A stretch of DNA of 64,000 nucleotides from Polyangiaceae bacterium (GTDB lineage: Bacteria > Myxococcota_A > Polyangia > Polyangiales > Polyangiaceae). The stretch covers positions 64,001 to 128,000 of the forward strand of contig JBNKBE010000007.1 in NCBI GenBank assembly GCA_050287085.1, read 5' to 3'. The translations under genes were made by a program, and so were the position numbers. The notes below the pieces were generated by a model. It did no database searches, was not told the DNA's origin, and saw only the letters and a program-made list of their open reading frames with translations. Of the stretch, positions 25,319-33,769 are shown piece after piece (the stretch's first letter is position 1; every line of letters begins with the position of its first letter).

Positions 25319-28300
25319 TGTGGTACTCCTGTCTAGGAACTAGCTCGATGCGACGCACGTAGCGCCGCTCCGCCTCGACGAGCGCATCCTTGGCCTCAAA
25401 CTTGAGGAAGTCAACCACGGCGGGATGGGCCGCGACGCGAACGGAATAGCCCGGCAACGTTTGTCGCTCGCGACGAATCTGTCGCAGGATCTCATACGCA
25501 ATCGTCTCGCGAGACTGAATGAAGCCGGTTCCGTCGCAGTAGAAACAAGACTCGTGCATGATGCGACCGAGGCTTTCTCGCGTACGCTTTCGCGTCATCT
25601 CGATCAACCCAAGCTCGCTGATGCGATTGATCGTCGTCTTCGCCTTGTCCTTCGCTAGGTGCTTCTCCAGCGCACGCCAGACCTTCTCGCGGTTCTCAGC
25701 GCGCTCCATGTCGATGAGATCTAGGATCACAAGCCCGCCGATATTGCGGAAGCGCAGCTGCTGAGCGATCTCAGAAACGGCCTCCAGGTTGGTCTTCAGC
25801 GCAGTTTCCTCAAGGTCCTTGCTGCCCTTGCCGACGTACCGACCCGTGTTGACGTCAATAGCCGTCAGAGCCTCCGCTTGATCCATAATCAGCGAGCCGC
25901 CACTTGGCAGCGGTACTTTGCGACTCAGCGCACGCTTGATCTCGTCCTCGATGCCATAGGCGTCGAAGATTGGCTCGTCGCCGGTGTAGAGCTTGATGTC
26001 ACCAACACGCGACGGCATGAACATTTCGACGAAACGGACCAGGCGAGCGTACTGATCTTTGTCGTCGATGATCACCTCCGCGACCTCGTCGGTGAAGTAG
26101 TCCCGCGCGACTTTGAGAACGAGATCGAGCTCTTCGTAGAGCACCTCGCGGGCCCGCGCCGCCTTGCGTTTCTCCGCAATGTCTGCCCACACGCGGATGA
26201 GATAGCCCACGTCCGCTTTGAGCTGCTTCTTTGTCAGACCCTCGGCAACGGTGCGCACTATGAGTCCACCGGTAGGTGGTTTCAGCGCGTCAATGACCTT
26301 CCGCAGACGAGAACGCTCTCGTCCTTGACCAATTCGCTTGGAGATGCCCGTGTGCTCGACGGTCGGAAGATAGACCACGTAGCGACCAGGAAGCGAAACG
26401 TGACTCGTAACCCGCGCCCCCTTTGTTCCGATCGGCTCCTTGGTGATCTGCACCACGACTTGGTCACCCTCGCGTACAACCTCCGTGATCGGAACGGAAC
26501 GGGAAACCCTGGCGGGTACTTTCGTAGGATCGAGCTCGATCGCGTTCCGGGTGGACGTCTTCCTGGGCTCCTCACCAACGGCACTTCCGCGCCGACGACG
26601 ACGGCCTCGTCGTCTCTTGCCACGACGATCGTCGGCTGGCTCCTCATCGCCAGCGTCCGCCGACGACACCTCTTCGGGGGCCTCTCCGGCGTCACTGGCC
26701 TCTCTTACGACGCTAGCTTCGTCATCGCCGGCAGAAGCGCGACGACGACGACGACGGCGACGGCGATAGCGCGCCGGGGGCTCAGCGTCCTCATCCGCAA
26801 AGGACTCGTCCGCAGGGGCAACGGCCGGCTCACCATCAGCCTCTGGGGCGTCGCCGTCCGCGTCAGCGGATTGCACGGTTGCCGCATGATCCGTACGTCC
26901 CAAGCCAGCAGAGCGGTGGCGCGAACGACGACGGCCACGTCGGGTACGCCGGGCTCCAGCGCCGGTATCGGATTGTCGGTCTTCCGAGTTCGACGAGTCC
27001 AACGCACGATCGTCCGTTGCATCCTCGTCCGCGGACTCCGCTAGCTCAGCTGCATCCGAATCCCTATCGGCATCTTCCTCGGACTCCGCGTCTCGGCCCA
27101 GATCTTCGGCGGCGTCGTCTTCCTCGTAGTCTGCATCCCCGATCCCGTCCGCATCAGGCTCACCAACGCCCGATTCGTCGCCTTCGTCCTCCAGATCGTC
27201 CGCGGCTTCGTCATCGGCTGCCTCGTCGTCGAAGTCGTCCCCTAGATCGCCGTCTTCGTCTTCGTCGAAGTCGCTATCGTCGTCCGCTAGCTCGCCATCT
27301 TCGTCGTCATCTTCGTCGAAGTCGCTATCGTCATCCGGGTCGTCCGCTAGCTCGCCATCTTCGTCTTCGTCTTCGTCTTCGTCTTCGTCTTCGTCGAAGC
27401 CGTTATCGTCGTCCGGGTCGTCCGCTAGCTCGTCGTCATCTTCGTCTTCGTCGAAGTCCCGGTCGTCCAGATCGTCGGCAAGCTCGTCGTCCTCGTCGTC
27501 CGCCGCCTCATCATCATCCTCGTCGAAATACTCGACCTCGTCGTCGCTGATGGAATCGTAGTCGTCATCCAGATCGACGTCTGGGTAGTCCTCGTCGCTG
27601 TCCGCCTCGTCCTCGTCGCCGTCCTGAGCCGCTTCCTCGCTACCCACGTCGTCGCCGTCGTCGTCCGAAGCGTCGTCACCGTCGTCGTCCGAAGCGTCGT
27701 CACCGTCGTCGTCCGAATCGTCTGCGGGCGCCGCGGAGGCCCGACGCGTCGAGTCCGCTTCGAGACCCTCTCCCAACAGCCCATCGCTCGGGGCGGAATC
27801 CGCAGCCCCCTCGCTCAGCGCGTCTTCGTCCTGTTCCTCATCCGCCGCGCTCGAAGCGAGCAGAACACCGTCCTCGTTCCGCCCTGCGCCCGGTCCGCGA
27901 CGGCCGCCCCTCGAACGGCGTGAACGCCGACGCCGACGCCGTCCACCGCCATCTTCGCCGTCCACGCTTACAACGTCCTCAGCAGAGCTGGTCTTGGCCT
28001 CGGTCCCGGACGCCTCGCTCCCATCTCGTTGTTGGGTGGCCTTGGACAGTGCCTGGGTGTTCGCCGCCAGGTAAGCGTCGAAGTCCTTCGGTCGAATCAA
28101 GTCCTCGACGTGCAGAAAAGCCGCGCGCTCCTGCCCCACGTCGATGAACGCCGCCTGCATACCAGGCAGCACTCGAGTGACCTTGCCCAGAACGACGTTG
28201 CCGACGGTTCCCCGATGCGCGGAACGCTCGATGTGCAGCTCCGCAATTACCCCCTCTTGGATCAGCGCGACGCGCGTCTCCCGGAGGTCAACGTTAATAA

Positions 28301-28319
28301 CGATAATATCTTTAGCCAT
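25290..28319 (-). CDS. Rne/Rng family ribonuclease with a very large low-complexity insertion in the S1 domain
   Basis: GKVTRVLPGMQAAFIDVG, VQITKEPIGTKGARVT, EALTAIDVNTG, QLRFRNIGGLVILDLIDM, GLIEMTRKR, CFYCDGTG Zn-link. Confidence 0.92.
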   Translation of the reverse strand: MAKDIIVINVDLRETRVALIQEGVIAELHIERSAHRGTVGNVVLGKVTRVLPGMQAAFIDVGQERAAFLHVEDLIRPKDFDAYLAANTQALSKATQQRDGSEASGTEAKTSSAEDVVSVDGEDGGGRRRRRRSRRSRGGRRGPGAGRNEDGVLLASSAADEEQDEDALSEGAADSAPSDGLLGEGLEADSTRRASAAPADDSDDDGDDASDDDGDDASDDDGDDVGSEEAAQDGDEDEADSDEDYPDVDLDDDYDSISDDEVEYFDEDDDEAADDEDDELADDLDDRDFDEDEDDDELADDPDDDNGFDEDEDEDEDEDEDGELADDPDDDSDFDEDDDEDGELADDDSDFDEDEDGDLGDDFDDEAADDEAADDLEDEGDESGVGEPDADGIGDADYEEDDAAEDLGRDAESEEDADRDSDAAELAESADEDATDDRALDSSNSEDRQSDTGAGARRTRRGRRRSRHRSAGLGRTDHAATVQSADADGDAPEADGEPAVAPADESFADEDAEPPARYRRRRRRRRRASAGDDEASVVREASDAGEAPEEVSSADAGDEEPADDRRGKRRRGRRRRRGSAVGEEPRKTSTRNAIELDPTKVPARVSRSVPITEVVREGDQVVVQITKEPIGTKGARVTSHVSLPGRYVVYLPTVEHTGISKRIGQGRERSRLRKVIDALKPPTGGLIVRTVAEGLTKKQLKADVGYLIRVWADIAEKRKAARAREVLYEELDLVLKVARDYFTDEVAEVIIDDKDQYARLVRFVEMFMPSRVGDIKLYTGDEPIFDAYGIEDEIKRALSRKVPLPSGGSLIMDQAEALTAIDVNTGRYVGKGSKDLEETALKTNLEAVSEIAQQLRFRNIGGLVILDLIDMERAENREKVWRALEKHLAKDKAKTTINRISELGLIEMTRKRTRESLGRIMHESCFYCDGTGFIQSRETIAYEILRQIRRERQTLPGYSVRVAAHPAVVDFLKFEAKDALVEAERRYVRRIELVPRQEYHIEQYDLQGR
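27358..27393. repeat. (TCTTCG)6 microsatellite encoding a Glu-Asp run in the RNase E/G insertion
   Basis: Six perfect hexamer copies. Confidence 0.9.
27655..27717. repeat. 24-bp tandem repeat (about 2.6 copies) encoding DDASDDDG-type units
   Basis: Unit CCGTCGTCGTCCGAAGCGTCGTCA. Confidence 0.9.
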
Positions 28320-29235
28320 TTACTGCGTAGAACGCAGCCGACTACCTGGTGCGATACCGCCGAGGTCAAACCCTTGAGATGTCGTCACGCCCAGTCTGGA
28401 CGCTGGATCCGCGGGGACCCAAGCGCCTACTGCGGGGAAGGGCATGAAACGCCCGTCCCTCGTCCTGGCCGACCCATGGCTCGCTGGTGGTGATTCGTGG
28501 CGCCAGTCCGCTGCCACAAGCCCAGCCAACGCGGTGGTACGACCCCTGACCGTTCGGCGCCGCGTATTGGACACGGCGAACAGCGATGCGGCAGACGGTG
28601 CAAAAACCACGATCATCTCTCGAAAGGCCTCAATCTCAGGACCTCGCTGGTCACCGGACCGCAAGCGAAGTCCCAATGGAATCAAACTACACAGGTACCG
28701 GCTGCCCGTTGGAGGTCCCGGTCCAAGGACCGTGACCGATGTGGGTTTCCGAGTGAGCCCCACAGGGACGGCACACCCGGTGCTAGTAACCAATTGAATT
28801 CTCTGGCCCTCGGGCTCTGAGCCCAGGGCGGCGGGACGACAGCCGAGACTGGAAGATCTCCTGCCGACCCGAAACACTTCTCATCAAACCTGGGAACGTG
28901 CCGTTTCATTCCGATGCCAGCACATTCCGCCCTGCCTTGGGCAGGGCCTACCCGCTGTCGCGGCAATAGCCTCGTCACTCGCCCACTCCCTAGAGTCGGC
29001 ATTGCTTGGCATCACCTGCGTTTCGACGGCTTTCCGCCGCCAACCTCCATACGGTCTAGTTTGGCATGGCCGCTGTCGCGACGAGCCTTGTCAAAGATTG
29101 CGGGCTCCCCAAAATAGAAGCCCTGGGCTTCTGTGATAGCCCAAGGTCGGGAGTCGATCAACGCGTATCGACGGAAGCTTGACACTCCCGGCAGACCCGT
29201 CCGCTATTCAGGCCCTTGCGACTTCGGGTCCCGAG
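28320..29235. promoter_or_regulatory. Long hairpin-rich region upstream of the RNase E/G gene (candidate structured leader)
   Basis: About 900 nt without a convincing CDS; inverted repeats at 28323-28337, 28719-28732, 28740-28764, 28806-28829, 28929-28947 and 29116-29132. Confidence 0.45.
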
Positions 29236-29239
29236 GCCG

Positions 29240-29980
29240 ATGCTGCCTGAAATGGACCGCACGACGCTGGTACTCGACATCGAAACCATCCTCGATCCCA
29301 ATCTGCCCCTGAACGAGCGGACCGAATCGGAGGGGCTCCCGGCGCCGCCACACCACTCGCTCGTCTGCATCGGTGTGCTCTGGCTCGACCAAGACCTAGC
29401 GGTCAAACGCCTCGGTATCATTGGCGAGGGCAAAGACGAGGCCGGAATCGTGGCCGACTTCGCACAATTCCTCGATCGTCACCGTCCAACCCTCGTCACG
29501 TTCAACGGCCGGGGCTTCGACCTCCCCGTAATCGCCGCGCGCTGCCTCAAACACGGTCAGCCCTTCACCTACTACTATCGCGATCGGGACGTGCGGTACC
29601 GCTTTTCTCCAGACGGACACCTGGATCTCATGGACTACCTCGCCGACTTCGGCGCCGCGAAGCGCTCGCGCCTGGACACGATGGCCCGCCTATGCGGCAT
29701 GCCCGGCAAGGTGGGCGTCGATGGCAAAGACGTCGGACCCATGGTGCATGCCGGACGCCTCGCAGAGGTGCAGAACTATTGCCTCTGCGACGTCGTACAG
29801 ACGGCTGGAGTATTCCTGCGCACACAGTTGCTTAGAGGTGAACTGGCACGAGAGCACTATCTGGTCGCCATGCGCTCTTTGATGAGTACCGCACGTGACG
29901 ATGAGCGAACCAGAGCCGTGGCAGACGCGTGGGAAGTTGACGTATTGCTCCTGGGCGAGGAGTTGTCCAACGACGAGTAG
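29240..29980 (+). CDS. Stand-alone PolB-like 3'-5' exonuclease (DEDDy)
   Basis: VLDIET, LVTFNGRGFDLPVI, HLDLMD, YCLCDVVQT. Confidence 0.85.
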   Translation: MLPEMDRTTLVLDIETILDPNLPLNERTESEGLPAPPHHSLVCIGVLWLDQDLAVKRLGIIGEGKDEAGIVADFAQFLDRHRPTLVTFNGRGFDLPVIAARCLKHGQPFTYYYRDRDVRYRFSPDGHLDLMDYLADFGAAKRSRLDTMARLCGMPGKVGVDGKDVGPMVHAGRLAEVQNYCLCDVVQTAGVFLRTQLLRGELAREHYLVAMRSLMSTARDDERTRAVADAWEVDVLLLGEELSNDE

Positions 29981-30032
29981 ATGCGGCCACAGGACATCTG
30001 TAAAGCCGATGCCGTCATGCGCTACTCCGCGA

Positions 30033-30269
30033 TCAACTGACGGCTAGTCGTCGTCGCAGGGCCAATGCCGCCGACTGGATATCCGCAGCGCAGGGCTCGC
30101 AACCACCTTCGCAGCACTCCTCCCAGGTATCCATATCCTGATCCGCCACGGCGACGACGTCCTCCGCGTCGCGATCCGGATCGAGCCCTTTGGCCACACA
30201 GATTTCACGAGCCAACTGTGTCCGCCGCTCCGGACTCACCGCACCTTTCGCAGCCATTGCCCGCTTCAA
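30033..30269 (-). CDS. Small protein with a CCxxGCxxC motif (oxidoreductase-like domain)
   Basis: WEECCEGGCEPC; start may instead be the ATG of MAAKG. Confidence 0.65.
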   Translation of the reverse strand: MKRAMAAKGAVSPERRTQLAREICVAKGLDPDRDAEDVVAVADQDMDTWEECCEGGCEPCAADIQSAALALRRRLAVS

Positions 30270-30333
30270 CTGGACACGATCTGGGGGTCCGTCAAGTGGC
30301 GAAGGGATAGCGGACGCTTTGATCGGCGCTGCG

Positions 30334-30354
30334 GGGAGCGAGCAAGCTCACTCC
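30334..30354. repeat. REP-like palindrome, copy 2
   Basis: GGGAGCGAGCAAGCTCACTCC; 20/21 identical to 4679-4699. Confidence 0.55.
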
Positions 30355-30459
30355 CGGCGGTTTGAGCGCCAAGAGCCGGTTCACCGAAGCGGACCGGGCA
30401 TGGTGATGAATCCGAAGCAACCCACCACGACCCGGAGCCGAAACCGATCAGAGGGTGCG

Positions 30460-30993
30460 CTAGAGCAGCCGCAGTCCGAGAAAGAGCCCCGACAGCAGTG
30501 ACAATCCGATCAGGATGAGGGGCGCAACGGGTGAGCGGAAGTCCTTAGCGCGTTGCTGTCGAGAATAGGTCACTGCCAAACTCGCCCCGCCGAGCACAAC
30601 CGCCAGAAACGCCAAGCCCAGTCCGGCAGTCAACAATGAGGTATCCCAGCCGTGTGGTCGAATGACGCCGAAGAGCCGATCGATCTTGAACTCAACTGGC
30701 TGCGCTTGATCGTAGCAGTACCAGGTGAGCAACCAAACGGTCCAGCCGACGAAGTTGAGCAAGAAGGCCACTCGCTCGCGTGGATCGACCTTGTCACGAT
30801 CCCTCTCCCTCCGGGCCGGCAGGATCGAAGGTGGCGTCGTATCCGGGGGCGCTCGCAACGACTGGGCCGAGAAGTTGGCGCGAGGGATCACAATTCTTTG
30901 CGACGACGGCTGTGAGGGAGACGACGCCGATATGCTCGCTTGCCGGGCGGCGGCGATGCTTTGCGCTAGAATCGGGGGCTGGGATTGGCTCAC
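30460..30993 (-). CDS. Hypothetical membrane protein
   Basis: Pro/Ser-rich N-terminus followed by three hydrophobic segments. Confidence 0.65.
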   Translation of the reverse strand: MSQSQPPILAQSIAAARQASISASSPSQPSSQRIVIPRANFSAQSLRAPPDTTPPSILPARRERDRDKVDPRERVAFLLNFVGWTVWLLTWYCYDQAQPVEFKIDRLFGVIRPHGWDTSLLTAGLGLAFLAVVLGGASLAVTYSRQQRAKDFRSPVAPLILIGLSLLSGLFLGLRLL

Positions 30994-31132
30994 GCGACTT
31001 TCACTCCGTCTAGATCGACGGCAGCGGTCGCCAAAGCATTAGAGTGATCGCACGAGCCGAAGCGCTATCTCCTGACTCACGCCGCGTGTCCCGGCCCTGG
31101 GATGTCTCTTCCCCCGTGAAGCGGGAGGCGCT

Positions 31133-31885
31133 ATGTACCTACTCGTGAGTGCTCAACTCAGTGTAAATATCAATAAAGTTGCTACGTTACGAAACTCTCG
31201 GGGGGCCGATGTCCCAGCTCTAGCGGACGCTATCGCTGCGATCGTACGGGCCGGATGCAAAGGGATCACAGTCCACCCCCGGGCGGACGAGCGGCACATC
31301 ACCCGCCGTGACATCTTCGACGTTGCCGCGTGCGTCCGCGCCTTTCCGGGCGTTGAGTACAACATTGAAGGCGATCCGCGACCGGAGTTGATGCGGGATG
31401 TCCTCGATGTCCGCCCCGACCAGTGCACTTTGGTTCCGGTCCGACCCGGAGAGGTGACCAGCGAGGCGGGGTGGGATATTCACGCGGAGCATCAATCGCT
31501 GAGAGCCGCGATCGAGGCCCTTCGCGCCCGGGGGATTCGCGTCAGTCTGTTCGTTGATGCCGCTGAAGACACTGTGCGCTGGGCCCACGCCCAGGGAGCC
31601 CAACGCGTGGAGCTCTACACGGAGCCCTTCGCTCGGGCTTTCTCCCGAGGCCCCGACGCGGCGCAAGCGTCGATGCAGCAGTTTCAGAGAGCAGCGTCAC
31701 TGGCCCACGAATTGGGCCTCGAGGTTAACGCAGGACACGACCTCGATCTCGACAATCTGCTGCTGTTTCGAGAACTCCAGCCCCTGCACGAGGTGTCGAT
31801 CGGGCACGCTCTGATCTCGCGGGCCCTATTCGTGGGGCTGGACACCGTGGTGCGCGAGTACCTCGATCTCCTGGCCACGGGCTGA
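31133..31885 (+). CDS. pdxJ: Pyridoxine 5'-phosphate synthase
   Basis: LSVNINKVATLRNSR, GITVHPRADERHI, VELYTE, VNAGHDL, EVSIGHALI. Confidence 0.95.
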   Translation: MYLLVSAQLSVNINKVATLRNSRGADVPALADAIAAIVRAGCKGITVHPRADERHITRRDIFDVAACVRAFPGVEYNIEGDPRPELMRDVLDVRPDQCTLVPVRPGEVTSEAGWDIHAEHQSLRAAIEALRARGIRVSLFVDAAEDTVRWAHAQGAQRVELYTEPFARAFSRGPDAAQASMQQFQRAASLAHELGLEVNAGHDLDLDNLLLFRELQPLHEVSIGHALISRALFVGLDTVVREYLDLLATG

Positions 31886-31929
31886 GGTTTGGGCCAACAA
31901 GGCTCGACGCGTCCAGCCCGTCTGCGGCG

Positions 31930-33117
31930 CTAGGCGCGAAGCCCTAGGGGCTGTCCGGCCCGGTACACGGTAGCGGAGCCACGAAGAGAAACCGTATCCC
32001 GTGACGCCGGCGCTGCCGCACTCTCTCCTCGCTTCAGTTCCAGCTCGCCTTGGGCCGTCTGGAGCCGAAGAGCTCCCTCGACAACCAGGTAGATCTCGGG
32101 AGAGCCCGTTGCCGCCAGCTCGAGTTCACCTTCCACCCGCAGACGACTCAGCTCAAACTCCCGTGCGGGTGTATGATAGACCCAAACCCCTGGACTGACG
32201 GCCTCCGCCAAGACTTTGCGAACCGGCTGCACGCTGAAGTCCAACACGCTCAGTAGCTCGGGCACGTCGACGTGTTTTGGTGTCAAGCCTCCACGCAGCA
32301 CGTTGTCGGAGTTCGCCATCAACTCCACACCCAAGCCATGGAGGTATGCGTGCATCACACGAGCCGGCAGATAAATAGCTTCGCCCGGGGCGAGCTCCAG
32401 GTACCCGAGCCAGGTGCTCAACACGACGCCTACATCCCCTGGGTAGCGTTCAGCTAGCCGAAGCGCCCATGATAGGGCCTTGCCCTCCTGAGCTTCCCCA
32501 TCGCGATGCGCGGCGGCGTGCCGGCAAAGGGCCTCCACCCAGGTCCGCTGCAGGTCACTCGAAGCGCTCATAAGTCGCTCGAATGCCGATCGCAAGCCCG
32601 AGGCGCCCTGCTCGCGCAGCGGTGCAAGCACCTCACCAAGCGCTGCGACCGGACCACATAACGCCAAGATTTCCTCGGGAGCGCGAAATCCGCAGAGGGC
32701 TTCGAACGGCGTCAAAGCGCACAGTAGCTCCGGCTTGTGATTGGCATCACGGTAGTTCCGATGACCGGCGCCCACGGGGATTCCGGCCGCATTCTCGCGC
32801 TCATAGCCGGCTTGAGCTTGGGCCAAGTTGGGGTGCGCTTGCAGCGACAAAGGCTCCCCGGCCGCCAGCACTTTGAGGAGGAAGGGAAGGCCGTCCGATA
32901 AGGCTTCCGGTCCAAGCCAGCTCGAGCGCGCACGTGCGATGATCCCATCCAAAGCACCTTCCCCCTCCGCGCCAACCACCCGGGAGGGTGCCTTGGGATG
33001 AGCTCCCATCCACATCTCGGCCTCAGGCCTTCCCGTGGGATGATGACCCAGTAGCTCCGCGATGGCGGTGGTCGAACCCCAGGCGTAATCCATGATGTGA
33101 TTGTCGAGTTTGTACAT
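31930..33117 (-). CDS. manA: Mannose-6-phosphate isomerase, class I
   Basis: YAWGS, AEMWMGAHP, LPFLLKVL..LSLQAHP, YRDANHKPE, HAYL.G..VELMANSDNVLRGGLTPKHVD. Confidence 0.95.
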   Translation of the reverse strand: MYKLDNHIMDYAWGSTTAIAELLGHHPTGRPEAEMWMGAHPKAPSRVVGAEGEGALDGIIARARSSWLGPEALSDGLPFLLKVLAAGEPLSLQAHPNLAQAQAGYERENAAGIPVGAGHRNYRDANHKPELLCALTPFEALCGFRAPEEILALCGPVAALGEVLAPLREQGASGLRSAFERLMSASSDLQRTWVEALCRHAAAHRDGEAQEGKALSWALRLAERYPGDVGVVLSTWLGYLELAPGEAIYLPARVMHAYLHGLGVELMANSDNVLRGGLTPKHVDVPELLSVLDFSVQPVRKVLAEAVSPGVWVYHTPAREFELSRLRVEGELELAATGSPEIYLVVEGALRLQTAQGELELKRGESAAAPASRDTVSLRGSATVYRAGQPLGLRA

Positions 33118-33357
33118 GATGGCCCTTTGACGAGCGCTCGGGCGTTTGAAAGCGAATCCCCGAGCGGTGCAGCTGCAACGGCCTCCGGGATACACCGAGA
33201 CGACATGGGGTCGTCAAGCCCGACAAGCCCTAGGCGTCGCGTTATCTTTCCCGTACTGCAGGACTAGACAGCCAAACCCTGGAGCCGTCTCTTCAAAGAA
33301 AGCACGCCCAGCTCTGAGGCAGCTCGGGTCTGGTTGCGCGACGGGCCCCAAGTCGCG

Positions 33358-33590
33358 CTATTGATCCTCCCGCGTCTTGGGGTAACCCATCCGTTTCAGA
33401 TACGCTGGAGACGCATACGTCCATGCGGCACTACAGCCTCGAAGCTGCTTTGCGATCAACTCCGGATCCTGTGGACGGAAGTGACGGATGGCAATGTCGG
33501 CATCCCGCCGGCGAAGATCCCTTGTGGCGTTGGAGACCACCAGCTCGACCTCAATGCCGGGATGAGTTCTGCGTGGTCCACGCCCTAACG
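33358..33590 (-). pseudogene. Fragment of a LysR substrate-binding domain
   Basis: HPGIEVELVVSNATRDLRRRDADIAIRHFRP...YASPAYLKRMGYP; no HTH domain upstream; premature TAG. Confidence 0.75.
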
Positions 33591-33734
33591 GACGCTCGCT
33601 TGCTGCGTCGGGCGCCCGCAATCGTCGGACGAAGAAGCGCTTCCGCTCAAGCCCATTCCCACACCACAACCCAGCAAGGCGAGGCGAACGTGACCACGAC
33701 AGTACCCTAGTTGCTTGGCGCGCCGGAGTTCGCG

Positions 33735-33763
33735 TTGACCTGTGACCCGGGTGGCGCTACCCA
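33735..33763 (+). promoter_or_regulatory. Sigma70-like promoter of the GH3 gene
   Basis: TTGACC - 17 nt - TACCCA, ending 6 nt before the ATG. Confidence 0.4.
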
Positions 33764-33769
33764 CAGCGC

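Noticed and set aside
25878..27044. 388-aa plus-strand ORF
   Set aside because: Antisense shadow of the RNase E/G gene
27180..27720. CRISPR-like periodicity
   Set aside because: Repeats are tandem, in-frame and coding, with no unique spacers and no cas genes
28320..28877. 185-aa ORF abutting the RNase E/G start, as a protein-coding gene
   Set aside because: No recognisable motif and a composition typical of GC-rich shadow ORFs; kept only as part of the leader finding
29179..29210. TTGACA...TATTCA promoter for the exonuclease gene
   Set aside because: Spacer is 20 nt, too long for a sigma70 promoter
28320..29235. RNase P RNA, tmRNA or a known riboswitch in the long gap
   Set aside because: Could not find the GAGGAAAGUCC signature, tRNA-like ends or a riboswitch consensus on either strand
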